Origin: an uncultured Aquiluna sp.
Lineage (GTDB): Bacteria; Actinomycetota; Actinomycetes; Actinomycetales; Microbacteriaceae
DNA length: 64,000 nucleotides
Direction of reading: 5' to 3'
Assembly: GCA_964614615.1 (NCBI GenBank)
Contig: CAZTLT010000001.1
Location: forward strand, 4,745-68,744
Part shown: positions 1 to 10,782 of the stretch, piece after piece
Position numbering within the stretch: position 1 is the stretch's first letter
Layout: each line of letters begins with the position of its first letter
The notes under the pieces: generated by a model
Database searches by the model: none
What the model was told of the DNA's origin: nothing
The model's input: only the letters and a program-made list of their open reading frames with translations
Translations under genes and position numbers: made by a program

Positions 1-3000
1 CTCGAACCTTTTTATCCCGATCTTTCCGACGATAGGTTTGCGTCGAAGCTTGCGCTTGTGCACTCTCGATTTTCAACCAATACATTTCCATCATGGCCAC
101 TTGCCCATCCATTCAGATTCATAGCTCACAACGGGGAGATCAATACGGTCAAGGGCAATGCAAACTGGATGGCTGCTCGAGAATCTCAGCTTTCCAGTGA
201 CATTCTTGGCAACTTAGAACAACTCAAACCCATTGTTACGCCTGGTGCGTCAGATAGTGCGACATTCGATGAAGTGCTAGAGCTTCTGGTCTTGGGAGGC
301 CGTTCTCTTCCTCACGCCATGATGATGATGATTCCCGGCGCTTGGGAAAAGCAAATAGACCTTGACCCACAGATCAGAGACTTTTTTGAGTATCACTCCA
401 TGCTTATGGAGCCATGGGATGGCCCAGCCGCAGTTATTTTTACCGACGGGGAACTGGTTGGCGCAACTCTCGATCGAAATGGTTTGCGACCGGGTCGATT
501 TATCGTTACCGAGGATGGACTCATCATTCTTGCCTCGGAAATAGGTGTTTCCAACATCACACCAGACCGGATTGTTCGAAAAGGCCGGCTGCAGCCCGGA
601 AAAATGTTTCTGATTGACACCAAAGCAGGTGTAATCATCGAGGATGAGCAAATCAAGTCCGAGATAGCCTCTTTAGAGCCGTGGGGGGAGTGGCTAAAGC
701 AGTCACGAATAAACCTCAGAGATTTGCCCGAACGTGAGCATGTTCGATATTCATCTACTTCGGTAAATCGTCGACAGCGTGTTTTCGGTTACACAGAAGA
801 AGACATTAAGGAATTCATCACGCCAATGGCGCGCAACGGCCAAGAGCCAATCGGAGCCATGGGGACAGATACTCCAATAGCTGCTATTTCGGATCGTCCA
901 AGATTGCTATTTGACTACTTCGTTCAACAATTTGCACAGGTTACTAACCCTCCTCTAGATGCTATTCGAGAAGAGGTCGTCACTTCCATGACGGCTGCTA
1001 TTGGCCCAGTGAGAAACCTTCTAGCTGCCACACCGGAGCATGCCAAGCAGATGGTTCTCGACTATCCGATTCTTAGTAACGATGAGCTCGCGCGCATCAA
1101 GCATATTGATAAGGCCAATAACATCGGCAAATCAGTTTCCATTTCTTGTCTATACCGTGTCGACGAGGGGGCCCTGTCGCTTGAATCGAGGCTTGCTGAG
1201 CTTTGTAAGGAAGTCGATGACGCAATCGATCAAGGTGCCACCTTCGTGATTCTCTCAGATCGCGACTCAAACAGAGAATTAGCTCCCATTCCTTCCCTGC
1301 TGAGTCTTTCAGCTATCCATCACCATCTGATTCGTAAGGGGGATCGAATGATGGTGGGGTTGGTGGTTGAGTGTGGCGATGCCAGGGATGTCCACCACAT
1401 GGCAACCTTGATTGGCTATGGCGCATCTGCTATCAATCCATACTTAGCTCTAGAAACTGCAGAGGACCTTGTCGTCCGCGGGGTGATAAGCGGTATCACT
1501 GCTGAACGTTCAAGCAAGAACATGATTAAGGCGCTCGGTAAGGGTGTTCTAAAGATTATGAGCAAGATGGGCATCTCAACCGTTGCTTCTTACGCTGGCG
1601 CGCAAACATTCGAGGCCATTGGGCTTGCACAGGAATTAGTAGATCGCTACTTCACCGGTACCACTTCCAAACTTGGTGGAGTCGGCATCGAAATCCTGGC
1701 CAGGGAAATCGAGCAGAGACACCGCGCTGCCTATCCGATGGAGGGCGCCGCTAAGGCACATTTGCCGCTAGAGGTTGGGGGAGAGATGAAGTGGCGAAGA
1801 GAAGGCCCGCCACATCTTTTCAATCCGGAGACAGTGTTCAAGTTGCAACACTCAACCAAAACTAAGCGTTACGACATTTTCAAGCAGTACACCAAGGCTG
1901 TGGATGATCAATCTGAGCGGTTGATGACTCTTCGCGGACTTTTTGAACTAAAAGTAGGTGAGCGGAGCCCAATCTCCATTGATGAAGTTGAGCCAATTTC
2001 AGAGATTGTGAAGCGCTTTTCTACTGGTGCTATGTCGATGGGTGCCATTTCGCCAGAAGCTCATGAAGTGCTAGCAATTGCGATGAACAGGCTTGGGGCT
2101 AAGAGCAATACTGGGGAAGGGGGAGAGTCGACTGAGCGATTGTTAGATAAGGAACGCCGTTCAGCCGTAAAGCAGGTGGCATCTGGCCGGTTTGGAGTTA
2201 CTTCAATGTATCTAACCCACGCAGACGACATCCAAATCAAGATGGCGCAGGGGGCTAAGCCAGGTGAGGGTGGGCAGCTTCCACCTAACAAGGTCTACCC
2301 GTGGATTGCAGAACTTAGACACTCGACTCCAGGTGTAGGTCTTATCTCTCCACCACCACACCACGACATTTACTCGATCGAAGACCTAAAGCAACTTATC
2401 TTCGATCTCAAACGAGCGAATCGCTCCGCCAGAATAAATGTCAAGCTAGTAAGTCAGTTTGGAGTTGGAACGGTAGCTGCCGGTGTAGCAAAAGCGAAAG
2501 CGGATGTTGTACTAATCTCTGGCCACGATGGCGGTACAGGCGCTAGCCCGTTAAATTCGCTCAAGCACGCGGGTACCCCTTGGGAATTGGGTCTTGCCGA
2601 AGCGCAGCAGACACTGCTTCTCAACGGCCTTAGAGATCGAATTGTGGTTCAGGTAGACGGGCAAATGAAAACAGGCAGGGACGTGATTATTGCAGCTTTG
2701 CTTGGCGCTGAGGAATTTGGCTTTGCTACTGCTCCATTAGTCGTTGAGGGTTGCATTTTGATGCGGGTTTGTCATCTGGATACTTGTCCAGTTGGAGTTG
2801 CCACACAGAACCCAGATTTGAGAAAGCGGTTCCGCGGCCAAGCCGAGCACGTGGTCAATTTCTTTGAATTCTTAGCCCAAGAGGTCAGGGAGTACTTAGC
2901 GGCACTTGGATTTAGAACTTTGGCCGACGCAATTGGACATGTTGAGCTACTTGACACAAACCGAGCAATTCGCCATTGGAAGGCAGACGGAATGGACTTG

Positions 3001-3942
3001 TCTCCGATTTTTGCCGCAAAAGACATTGCGAGGACTTCTTCACTGCGCTGCACCTCCTCTCAACAGCACCAAGTTGAAGACCATTTTGACTTCCCATTGC
3101 TGGTTGACGCCATGGCAGCTTTGGACAAGGGCGAGCACTTCCTAATTGAGAGAGAGATTAATAACACGAACCAAGCCATTGGCGCCATGCTAGGAAACGA
3201 ACTCACTAAGAAATGGGGAGAAGCAGGACTCAATCCTGGAGCACTTGAGCTTCGACTTCGAGGTAGCGCTGGGCAATCACTCGGGGCGTTTATTCCGAGA
3301 GGAATCAAGATTGTTGTCGAAGGTGACTGCAATGACTACGTAGCTAAGGGCTTGTCAGGGGGAATAGTTGTAGTCAAACCACCAACTGGCAGTGGGTTCG
3401 TTGCAAGTGAAAATGTGATTGCCGGCAATGTGATTGGTTATGGGGCAACTAGCGGAGAGATCTACCTAAACGGTGTAGTAGGAGAGAGATTCTTGGTTAG
3501 AAACTCTGGCGCCTCCGCTGTAGTCGAAGGAGTCGGGGACCACGGCCTGGAATACATGACTGGTGGTAGAGCCGTCATCCTCGGACGAACGGGCATTAAC
3601 CTAGCTGCAGGAATGAGTGGTGGTATCGCATTCGTTTATAAACTCTCAGAATCAAAGGTAAATAGGGAAGCGCTTCAACTTGGAGAAATCTCCCTTCAGC
3701 CTCTATCTGGGGAGGACAAGCAAGAGCTAAGAGGACTTATCAAGAGACATCTTGATGAGACGCAATCAGCGGTCGCATCATTCATCTTGGCAAACTTTGA
3801 GTCCGAGTCTCTGAACTTCACAAAGGTACTGCCCCGAGATTACGCTCGAGTATTGGAGATTCAAGCTAAGGCTGTGGAATTGGGTCATGAACCTGATGGC
3901 CAAGAGGTTTGGACACAGATTCTTGAGGTGATCAATGGCTGA
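1..3942 (+). CDS. gltB: Glutamate synthase large subunit (5' truncated by window edge)
   Basis: Frame is open from base 1 ([10 protein letters not shown]...[12 protein letters not shown]); motifs [29 protein letters not shown] and the 3Fe-4S motif [15 protein letters not shown]. Confidence 0.98.
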   Translation, partial: LEPFYPDLSDDRFASKLALVHSRFSTNTFPSWPLAHPFRFIAHNGEINTVKGNANWMAARESQLSSDILGNLEQLKPIVTPGASDSATFDEVLELLVLGGRSLPHAMMMMIPGAWEKQIDLDPQIRDFFEYHSMLMEPWDGPAAVIFTDGELVGATLDRNGLRPGRFIVTEDGLIILASEIGVSNITPDRIVRKGRLQPGKMFLIDTKAGVIIEDEQIKSEIASLEPWGEWLKQSRINLRDLPEREHVRYSSTSVNRRQRVFGYTEEDIKEFITPMARNGQEPIGAMGTDTPIAAISDRPRLLFDYFVQQFAQVTNPPLDAIREEVVTSMTAAIGPVRNLLAATPEHAKQMVLDYPILSNDELARIKHIDKANNIGKSVSISCLYRVDEGALSLESRLAELCKEVDDAIDQGATFVILSDRDSNRELAPIPSLLSLSAIHHHLIRKGDRMMVGLVVECGDARDVHHMATLIGYGASAINPYLALETAEDLVVRGVISGITAERSSKNMIKALGKGVLKIMSKMGISTVASYAGAQTFEAIGLAQELVDRYFTGTTSKLGGVGIEILAREIEQRHRAAYPMEGAAKAHLPLEVGGEMKWRREGPPHLFNPETVFKLQHSTKTKRYDIFKQYTKAVDDQSERLMTLRGLFELKVGERSPISIDEVEPISEIVKRFSTGAMSMGAISPEAHEVLAIAMNRLGAKSNTGEGGESTERLLDKERRSAVKQVASGRFGVTSMYLTHADDIQIKMAQGAKPGEGGQLPPNKVYPWIAELRHSTPGVGLISPPPHHDIYSIEDLKQLIFDLKRANRSARINVKLVSQFGVGTVAAGVAKAKADVVLISGHDGGTGASPLNSLKHAGTPWELGLAEAQQTLLLNGLRDRIVVQVDGQMKTGRDVIIAALLGAEEFGFATAPLVVEGCILMRVCHLDTCPVGVATQNPDLRKRFRGQAEHVVNFFEFLAQEVREYLAALGFRTLADAIGHVELLDTNRAIRHWKADGMDLSPIFAAKDIARTSSLRCTSSQQHQVEDHFDFPLLVDAMAALDKGEHFLIEREINNTNQAIGAMLGNELTKKWGEAGLNPGALELRLRGSAGQSLGAFIPRGIKIVVEGDCNDYVAKGLSGGIVVVKPPTGSGFVASENVIAGNVIGYGATSGEIYLNGVVGERFLVRNSGASAVVEGVGDHGLEYMTGGRAVILGRTGINLAAGMSGGIAFVYKLSESKVNREALQLGEISLQPLSGEDKQELRGLIKRHLDETQSAVASFILANFESESLNFTKVLPRDYARVLEIQAKAVELGHEPDGQEVWTQILEVING

Positions 3943-5389
3943 TCCCAGAGGATTCATAAGAATCACTGAGCGGGAAACTGCCGCTAGAAGACCAGTACCT
4001 GTTCGAATCAAGGACTGGAAGGAAGTTTACGCTGAGCGCAATTCCGAGACTGTGAAGCGACAGGCCTCCCGATGCATGGACTGCGGCATTCCTTTCTGTC
4101 ATGAGGGTTGTCCGCTTGGCAATCTCATACCTGAGTGGAATGACCTTGCTCACCGAGGCAGGGGTCGCGAGGCAATTGATCGACTTCACGCCACCAACAA
4201 TTTCCCGGAATTCACAGGAAGAATCTGCCCAGCCCCCTGCGAAGACGCATGTGTTCTTGGTATTAATCAACCCGCTGTAACTATCAAGGAGATTGAAGTC
4301 AGCATTATCGATGATGCTTTTGACAACGGCCTTGTGCTTCCGCAAGTTCCTGATCGTCTGACCGGAAAGACAATTGCAGTGGTGGGAAGTGGACCAGCTG
4401 GACTAGCAGCCGCTCAGCAGCTGACCCGAGCTGGACATACGGTTGCGGTCTATGAAAGGGACGATCGCATAGGTGGCTTGTTGCGTTATGGCATTCCCGA
4501 CTTCAAGATGGAAAAACACCACATTGATCGCCGAATCCATCAAATGGAGTCCGAGGGCACCCGCTTTAGACCGGGAGTGAATGTTGGAGTTGACATCGGC
4601 TGGGATGAGCTTAGAAAGAGATACGACGCCGTACTTATTGCCACAGGCGCCCTAGTTCCTAGGGACATCAGCGTTCCAGGGCGCGAGCTCGCTGGAGTTC
4701 ACTTTGCGATGCCTTACCTGAGTGCGGCTAACAGGGTGGTAGCCGGAGAGCAAGTTCAAGATCAGATAACTGCAGCAGGAAAACACGTGGTGATACTTGG
4801 CGGCGGCGACACCGGCGCCGATTGCCTTGGCACTGCCACTAGACAAGGTGCCCTTAGCGTTACAACTCTCGCCATTGGAAAAACTCCGCCTAACGGGCGA
4901 ACCGAGGATATGCCTTGGCCAACCGTTCCCAACATTTTTGAGGTGCAGTCTGCGCATGAGGAGTTTGGCGAGCGCAAATACTTACACTCGACGGTTGAAT
5001 TCGTGGGTGAGAACGGCAAGCTCACCGGCGTCAAAGTCGCCGATACTCAGTTCGTTGATGGAAAACGTCTACCCGAAGCGGGTACCGAGCGAATTTTAAA
5101 GGCCGACCTAGTCCTATTGGCACTTGGCTATAAAGGAAATGAGGCAGACGGCGTTGTGGAACAGCTTGGACTGATGCTCGAAAACGGAAACCTAGCGCGT
5201 GATGGAAAATACCATGCGGGCAACGGTGTCTTCGTAGCTGGTGACGCCGGTAGAGGCGCGAGTCTTGTAGTCTGGGCAATAGCCGAGGGCCGTGCAGCGG
5301 CCTCTGCAGTGGATGAATATCTCGAAGGCGAGACGGAACTTCCATTCCCCGTTCGACCCACAGATCAACCGATTTCGGTTTACAGCTAA
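3935..5389 (+). CDS. gltD: Glutamate synthase small subunit
   Basis: [10 protein letters not shown] Fe-S motif, GSGPAGL and GGGDTG dinucleotide motifs; overlaps gltB end. Confidence 0.98.
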   Translation: MADPRGFIRITERETAARRPVPVRIKDWKEVYAERNSETVKRQASRCMDCGIPFCHEGCPLGNLIPEWNDLAHRGRGREAIDRLHATNNFPEFTGRICPAPCEDACVLGINQPAVTIKEIEVSIIDDAFDNGLVLPQVPDRLTGKTIAVVGSGPAGLAAAQQLTRAGHTVAVYERDDRIGGLLRYGIPDFKMEKHHIDRRIHQMESEGTRFRPGVNVGVDIGWDELRKRYDAVLIATGALVPRDISVPGRELAGVHFAMPYLSAANRVVAGEQVQDQITAAGKHVVILGGGDTGADCLGTATRQGALSVTTLAIGKTPPNGRTEDMPWPTVPNIFEVQSAHEEFGERKYLHSTVEFVGENGKLTGVKVADTQFVDGKRLPEAGTERILKADLVLLALGYKGNEADGVVEQLGLMLENGNLARDGKYHAGNGVFVAGDAGRGASLVVWAIAEGRAAASAVDEYLEGETELPFPVRPTDQPISVYS

Positions 5390-5402
5390 GTAAGGAAACA
5401 TA

Positions 5403-6845
5403 ATGAGACGCGCAAAAATCGTAGCGACGTTTGGACCAGCCGTTGCCGAGTATGAAACAACGAAAGCTGTAATTGCCGCCGGCGTCGATGTCGCGAGACT
5501 TAATCTCTCGCACGGTGAATACTCGGTTCATGAAAATACTTACGACAACATTCGCAAGGCTTCCTATGAGCTAGATAAGCCGGTGGGGATTCTAGTAGAC
5601 CTTCAAGGCCCAAAAATTCGACTAGCTCGGTTTAGGAATGGAAAAGAGGAGCTAACCGAAGGTCAAGAATTCACCATAACAACAAAAGATGTTGAGGGTG
5701 ACGCAACCATTTGTGGAACTACCTACAAGGGTTTGCCGCAAGATGTTAAGCCTGGAGACCAACTATTAATTGATGATGGTCGCATAGCGCTACGAGCAAA
5801 GCGTGTTGATGCTAACCAAGTAGTCTGCGAAGTAGAAATTGGAGGGCCAATTTCGAACAATAAGGGGATCAATCTCCCAGGCGTTGCGGTAAACGTCCCT
5901 GCCATGAGCGAGAAAGACGAAAAAGACCTAAGGTGGGCACTCAAAGTCGGCGCAGACATGATTGCACTTAGCTTCGTTCGGTCCGCTAAAGACGTTGCCC
6001 GGGCGCACGAAATCATGAAAGAAGAGAACAGGTTTGTCCCTGTAATTGCGAAAATAGAGAAGCCTCAGGCGGTAGATGCCTTAGAAGAAATAGTTGATGC
6101 TTTTGATGGGATTATGGTTGCCCGCGGTGACCTTGGAGTAGAGCTTCCGCTCGAACAGGTTCCCTTAGTTCAAAAACGCGCCGTTGAGCTGGCACGACGT
6201 TGGGCAAAGCCAGTAATAGTTGCCACACAAATGCTTGAGAGCATGATTGAAAACAGCAGGCCGACAAGAGCAGAAGCCTCGGACGTTGCCAACGCCGTTT
6301 TGGATGGTGCGGACGCACTCATGCTGTCTGGGGAAACATCTGTAGGAAAATATCCGGTCGAAGCAGTAGCCACAATGGCCAAGATCATTGAGTCGACTGA
6401 AGAAAACGGATTAGAGCGTATTCCAGACCTTGGCACCAAGCCACATACCCATTCAGGCGCTGTTGTGAAGGCTGCCTTGGACATTGCTGACTTGCTGGGT
6501 AGTAAGTACGTCTGTGTATTTACAGAAAGTGGAGACACGCTTAGAAGGGTCAGTAGGTTGCGCTCACGAATTCCAGTTCTTGCCTTCACACCCAACGAGT
6601 CAGTGAGGCGAAGATTAGCCTTAGTTTGGGGAGCAACAACCTATCTTGCTGAAAAAGTCAAACACACAGATCAGATGATCAAGCAGGTTGATGAAATTGT
6701 CCTAGCAACCGGAAAGTGCAAGCTAGGGGATGAGGTAATCGTTGTTGCTGGATCTCCGCCTGGGATTCCTGGCTCCACCAATTCCCTGAGGGTGCATCGA
6801 GTGGGCGACGCGGTTCACAATGCCGCCCCTGGCTACGCCAACTAA
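5403..6845 (+). CDS. pyk: Pyruvate kinase
   Basis: KIVATFGPA, DLQGPKIR, MVARGDLGVE, ATQMLESM; AAGGA RBS. Confidence 0.98.
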   Translation: MRRAKIVATFGPAVAEYETTKAVIAAGVDVARLNLSHGEYSVHENTYDNIRKASYELDKPVGILVDLQGPKIRLARFRNGKEELTEGQEFTITTKDVEGDATICGTTYKGLPQDVKPGDQLLIDDGRIALRAKRVDANQVVCEVEIGGPISNNKGINLPGVAVNVPAMSEKDEKDLRWALKVGADMIALSFVRSAKDVARAHEIMKEENRFVPVIAKIEKPQAVDALEEIVDAFDGIMVARGDLGVELPLEQVPLVQKRAVELARRWAKPVIVATQMLESMIENSRPTRAEASDVANAVLDGADALMLSGETSVGKYPVEAVATMAKIIESTEENGLERIPDLGTKPHTHSGAVVKAALDIADLLGSKYVCVFTESGDTLRRVSRLRSRIPVLAFTPNESVRRRLALVWGATTYLAEKVKHTDQMIKQVDEIVLATGKCKLGDEVIVVAGSPPGIPGSTNSLRVHRVGDAVHNAAPGYAN

Positions 6846-6848
6846 CTG

Positions 6849-6931
6849 TGCCGGAAGTGGGATTTGAACCCACACGCCCTTTCGGACAACGCATTTTGAG
6901 TGCGCCGCGTCTGCCGTTCCGCCATTCCGGC
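6849..6931 (-). tRNA. tRNA-Leu(CAA), CCA not encoded
   Basis: Reverse complement GCCGGAATGGCGGAACGGCAGACGCGGCGCACTCAAAATGCGT...GGTTCAAATCCCACTTCCGGCA folds as a cloverleaf with a long variable arm; anticodon CAA; TACAAT -10 upstream at 6943-6948. Confidence 0.95.
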
Positions 6932-6977
6932 CGGTCTTGGCAATTGTAGTGGATGCTGAAATGGCTAAAGTAGCAGC

Positions 6978-7577
6978 ATGCAAGAATCGCTGAGAGTTCT
7001 GGTTGCAGAAGACGAGTCGCTGATCCGTATGGATGTTGTATCGACTCTTTCTGAAGCAGGATTTGATGTGGTGGGAGAAGCTTCCGATGGGGAAGAGGCA
7101 CTTGAGCTGGCGGCCAAACTCTCTCCAGACGTGGTTGTAATGGACATTAAGATGCCAAAACTTGATGGGATATCTGCGGCCGAAAAATTAGCCGAAGCGA
7201 AAATCCCGGTTGTCTTGCTCACTGCTTTTTCGCAGTCGGAACTCGTCACCCGAGCAACCGAAGCCGGCGCAATGGCTTTCATTACCAAGCCGTTTAAGCC
7301 AGCAGACCTGATACCAGCTATTCAGATAGCCATCGCTCGGAGTGAAGAAATCTCTGCACTAGAGCAAGAAATATCAGATTTATCAGATCGCCTTGAGACC
7401 AGAAAACTAATGGATCGCGCCAAGGGTCTACTGATGTCGAAAATGAAACTGACCGAACCAGATGCCTTCAGGTGGATTCAAAAGGCCTCAATGGATCGAA
7501 GACTTTCAATGGCTCAAGTAGCAAAAGCAGTTATTGATCAGCTTGGCCCGAAGACGGCTTCGGACGAAGATAATTAG
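6978..7577 (+). CDS. pdtaR: ANTAR-domain response regulator (PdtaR-like)
   Basis: Receiver domain (VAEDE, MDIKMP, KPF) plus C-terminal ANTAR (RKLMDRAKGLLM...AFRWIQKASMDRR); pyk/tRNA-Leu/polA neighbourhood as in other actinobacteria. Confidence 0.9.
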   Translation: MQESLRVLVAEDESLIRMDVVSTLSEAGFDVVGEASDGEEALELAAKLSPDVVVMDIKMPKLDGISAAEKLAEAKIPVVLLTAFSQSELVTRATEAGAMAFITKPFKPADLIPAIQIAIARSEEISALEQEISDLSDRLETRKLMDRAKGLLMSKMKLTEPDAFRWIQKASMDRRLSMAQVAKAVIDQLGPKTASDEDN

Positions 7578-7977
7578 TAATCCTCACCGTCGACAGTAGC
7601 TGTCCTTTTTCATCAGTCACTTTTATTTCATGAGTGGTTAGGCTTCTTCCAAGCTTTATAGCAGTGCAGGTGCCAGTTACGATCCCAGAGCTGACCGATG
7701 AGTGATGTGACGCGTTTATTTCAATACCGACGGCATAACCCCAGGGATGAGCGTGGACATTGGCGGCAAAACTGCCTAGTGACTCTGCGAGCACAACGTG
7801 TGCTCCGCCGTGTAATAGACCGATTGGTTGCGTGTTCCCCTCTACTGGCATGGTTGCCACCGCGCGCTCCGCGCTCAGTTCCAGTAGTTTGATTCCCATT
7901 CGATCCGCTAGAGCGCCTAAGCCTCGTTGACGCATCACTTCTAGCGCTTGGGCTGATGAAACGACTTCGTTCTCCAC
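7531..7977 (-). CDS. PaaI/hotdog-fold thioesterase
   Basis: NTQPIGLLHGGA...LAESLGS motif; start placed at GTG 7977 after AGGAG RBS, since the longer ORF overlaps polA. Confidence 0.88.
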   Translation of the reverse strand: MENEVVSSAQALEVMRQRGLGALADRMGIKLLELSAERAVATMPVEGNTQPIGLLHGGAHVVLAESLGSFAANVHAHPWGYAVGIEINASHHSSVSSGIVTGTCTAIKLGRSLTTHEIKVTDEKGQLLSTVRITNYLRPKPSSGQADQ

Positions 7978-8007
7978 GGTATCTCCTAAGCAAAGTAGGC
8001 TAGTCGC

Positions 8008-10662
8008 ATGTCTGCTGAAAAGAAGCCTACTCTGCTGCTTATCGACGGACATTCTCTTGCCTTTCGAGCCTTCTATGCTCTCAATCCAGACAGTTTCAAG
8101 AATCAATCTGGGCAGCACACCAATGCCGTCCATGGTTTTATATCAATGCTTCTGACATTGATGGAGAACGAAAAGCCAACCCACATTTGCGTCGCTTTTG
8201 ATGTATCCAGAGAGAGCTTCCGAACCAGGGAATACCCAGAGTACAAAGGTAACCGCGGGGAGACTCCGGAGGAATTCATAGGACAAACGGAGCTGCTGGT
8301 CGAAGCTCTTGCGGCAATGCGTATCACTTCTGTTTCGCGAGACGACTACGAGGCCGATGACTTGATCGCATCGCTTGCCAAAAAGGGTGAGCTTGCGGGT
8401 ATGGAAGTCCTAATCGTCTCAGGGGATCGGGACACGTTCCAATTAATTAGTGATAAGACAAAAATCTTGTACCCGATCAAAGGTGTGATGAACCTTGCCC
8501 GGATGGACGATAAGGCAGTTCAAGAGAAATACGGAGTGACAGCAAAGCAGTACCAAGACCTCGCTGCGCTAGTCGGAGAGACTTCAGATAATCTCCCGGG
8601 AATACCAGGAGTGGGGCCAAAGACCGCCGCTAAGTGGCTTCAGACTTATGGCGACCTGGATTCTATATTGGCTTCTGCCGATGACATTTCCGGCAAAGTG
8701 GGCGAAACGCTTCGGGAAAAGCGAGAGCTAGCAATCCGCAATCGAAGGCTAAACAACTTAGTCAGAGACCTTGATTTTGATTTCTCAATAGACGACCTGG
8801 CTGTGGGTCCGGTGCATGAGGAAGAGGTTCGCACCGTTTTTGCGAAACTGAATTTCCGAACACTTTTGACTCGGGTTATTAAACTTCGTGGCACCAATGG
8901 CGCTCAAATACCTGTTCCGATTGCTGAGATTGAGGATGAGCAAGAAGGACCAGGGTCAACACACGAGCACAACTATGAACAGCCCGAGAGCCGGCTCGCC
9001 AGCGTCTCCGAACTAGACGACTTTATGCGGGAGCCAGTCTTCTTGGCAATTCAAGTTTCGAACGGCAAGTTGGTTGGGCTTGGTGCCGCAAACATCACAA
9101 CCCGATTGGACTGGGACGGAAAGGAGAAAGCTGAAGCGCTTAATCTTCTCCGCTCTGGAAACTATGGAGTTTGGGATTCAAAACGTTTCATCCATCAATG
9201 CAGCGAAATGGGTCTCGAGGGAATCGCAGTTAAAGAGGATGCTCTACTGACTTGCTACTTGAGCGACCCTACTCTGCGGGAGTACAACCCAGATCAACTA
9301 CTGCGAGACCTTGTCGGAGTCGACATTGTGCGAGCAGATCCGCTAGAGCTTTTTTCCGAAGTTCCCGCATCCCTAGATGCCTGGGCAGCGGCAGTACTCT
9401 TTAGAGCGACAACTTCAAAATTGGAAGATCGAACCTTGAAATCGGTCTATCGAGAGATTGAATTACCCTCTTCGGTGGTACTGGCAAAAATGGAAGCCAC
9501 TGGTATTGCAGTTGATAGAGAGAACCTGCAAAGACAGAACGAAGTTCTTTCCAAAGAGGTCGAGGAAATAGCCAATCAGGCTTATCAAATTATTGGGCAC
9601 GAAGTGAATTTGGCAAGCCCTAAACAGTTGCAAACTGTTCTCTTTGAGGAGCTGGGCTTTGAAGGTACTAGGTCAGTAAAAACTGGTTACTCGACCAACG
9701 CGGAAGCTCTTGTTGAACTTCTGGAACAGACAGGCCATCCCTTCTTGGAAAAGCTGCTGGCTCACCGCGACGTCACAAAGATTCGTCAAATGTCGGAGAC
9801 GCTCCTTGATTCAATCAGAGCAGACGGTCGAATACACACCAGTTACCTCCAGACTGGCACTGCAACGGGTCGACTTAGCAGCGAGAATCCAAATCTTCAA
9901 AACATTCCAATCAAGACCGAGCGAGGCCAACGACTAAGGAGTGCGTTCGTCGCTGGCTCCGGATATGTTGAGCTTCTTACCGCGGATTACTCGCAAATAG
10001 AAATGCGTATCATGGCTCACCTCAGCGAAGACTCGGGATTGATTGAGGCCTTCAGAGCAGGAGAAGATCTTCATAACTACGTAGGCTCTCGAATCTATGG
10101 CGTCAAGCCATCAGAGGTCGACGCAGCCATGCGTTCAAAGGTGAAAGCAATGAGCTATGGCTTGGTATATGGTCTGAGTGAATTTGGTTTGGCTCGTCAG
10201 CTCAAAATTTCTAAATCTGAAGCCAAGGAATTGATGAGCGAGTATTTCGCTCGATTTGGCGGAGTCAAAAGATACCTGGATCAAGTTGTTCAAAGAGCTA
10301 AAGTGGATGGCTATACAGAGACGGTTTACGGCCGTCGCAGGCCTTTTGCGGATTTGAACTCAAAGGTGTTTCAAGTCAGAGAAAACGCTCGTAGGGCGGC
10401 ACTGAATGCCCCTATCCAAGGAACCGCTGCCGACATCATGAAGTTGGCCATGATTGAAGCGGATGTTCGCCTGACTAGGCAAGGCCTCAAATCCAGACTC
10501 CTGCTGCAGGTGCATGACGAATTGGTGTTTGAGGTGGCTCCTGACGAACTTGAGCAGGTTAAAATCCTGGCAACCGAGAGCATGAAGGGCGTTGCCAAGC
10601 TTTCGGTGCCGGTCGAAGTTCACGTGGGTGTCGGCCCAAATTGGGAGCTGGCGGGTCACTGA
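8008..10662 (+). CDS. polA: DNA polymerase I
   Basis: 5'-3' exonuclease (LIDGHSLAFRA, YEADD), polymerase motifs ADYSQIEMR, KAMSYGLVYG, QVHDEL. Confidence 0.98.
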   Translation: MSAEKKPTLLLIDGHSLAFRAFYALNPDSFKNQSGQHTNAVHGFISMLLTLMENEKPTHICVAFDVSRESFRTREYPEYKGNRGETPEEFIGQTELLVEALAAMRITSVSRDDYEADDLIASLAKKGELAGMEVLIVSGDRDTFQLISDKTKILYPIKGVMNLARMDDKAVQEKYGVTAKQYQDLAALVGETSDNLPGIPGVGPKTAAKWLQTYGDLDSILASADDISGKVGETLREKRELAIRNRRLNNLVRDLDFDFSIDDLAVGPVHEEEVRTVFAKLNFRTLLTRVIKLRGTNGAQIPVPIAEIEDEQEGPGSTHEHNYEQPESRLASVSELDDFMREPVFLAIQVSNGKLVGLGAANITTRLDWDGKEKAEALNLLRSGNYGVWDSKRFIHQCSEMGLEGIAVKEDALLTCYLSDPTLREYNPDQLLRDLVGVDIVRADPLELFSEVPASLDAWAAAVLFRATTSKLEDRTLKSVYREIELPSSVVLAKMEATGIAVDRENLQRQNEVLSKEVEEIANQAYQIIGHEVNLASPKQLQTVLFEELGFEGTRSVKTGYSTNAEALVELLEQTGHPFLEKLLAHRDVTKIRQMSETLLDSIRADGRIHTSYLQTGTATGRLSSENPNLQNIPIKTERGQRLRSAFVAGSGYVELLTADYSQIEMRIMAHLSEDSGLIEAFRAGEDLHNYVGSRIYGVKPSEVDAAMRSKVKAMSYGLVYGLSEFGLARQLKISKSEAKELMSEYFARFGGVKRYLDQVVQRAKVDGYTETVYGRRRPFADLNSKVFQVRENARRAALNAPIQGTAADIMKLAMIEADVRLTRQGLKSRLLLQVHDELVFEVAPDELEQVKILATESMKGVAKLSVPVEVHVGVGPNWELAGH

Positions 10663-10681
10663 CAATCCCGCTAGGCTTTGT
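10648..10681 (+). terminator. Possible weak hairpin terminator at polA end, overlapping the rpsA promoter
   Basis: CTGGCGGG-N11-CCCGCTAG stem followed by GCTTTGT; short U tract. Confidence 0.3.
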
Positions 10682-10782
10682 CAGGCGCTCTAGGGCGCTT
10701 TCCCTGTCCGTTTGTCGGGCAAGTCAAGACCAAGTCAGGTTTTGTTTTGCGCGACCCGAGTAAAAGTGAAGAACGTATAAAT
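10672..10782 (+). promoter_or_regulatory. rpsA promoter (-10 TAGGCT) and structured leader without SD
   Basis: TAGGCT at 10672-10677; three hairpins in 10683-10744; A-rich stretch with no SD before ATG 10783. Confidence 0.55.

Noticed and set aside
6849-6931. tRNA-Leu(CAA) as an integration site for an island
   Set aside because: No integrase, no duplicated tRNA 3' end, and the flanks are core genes
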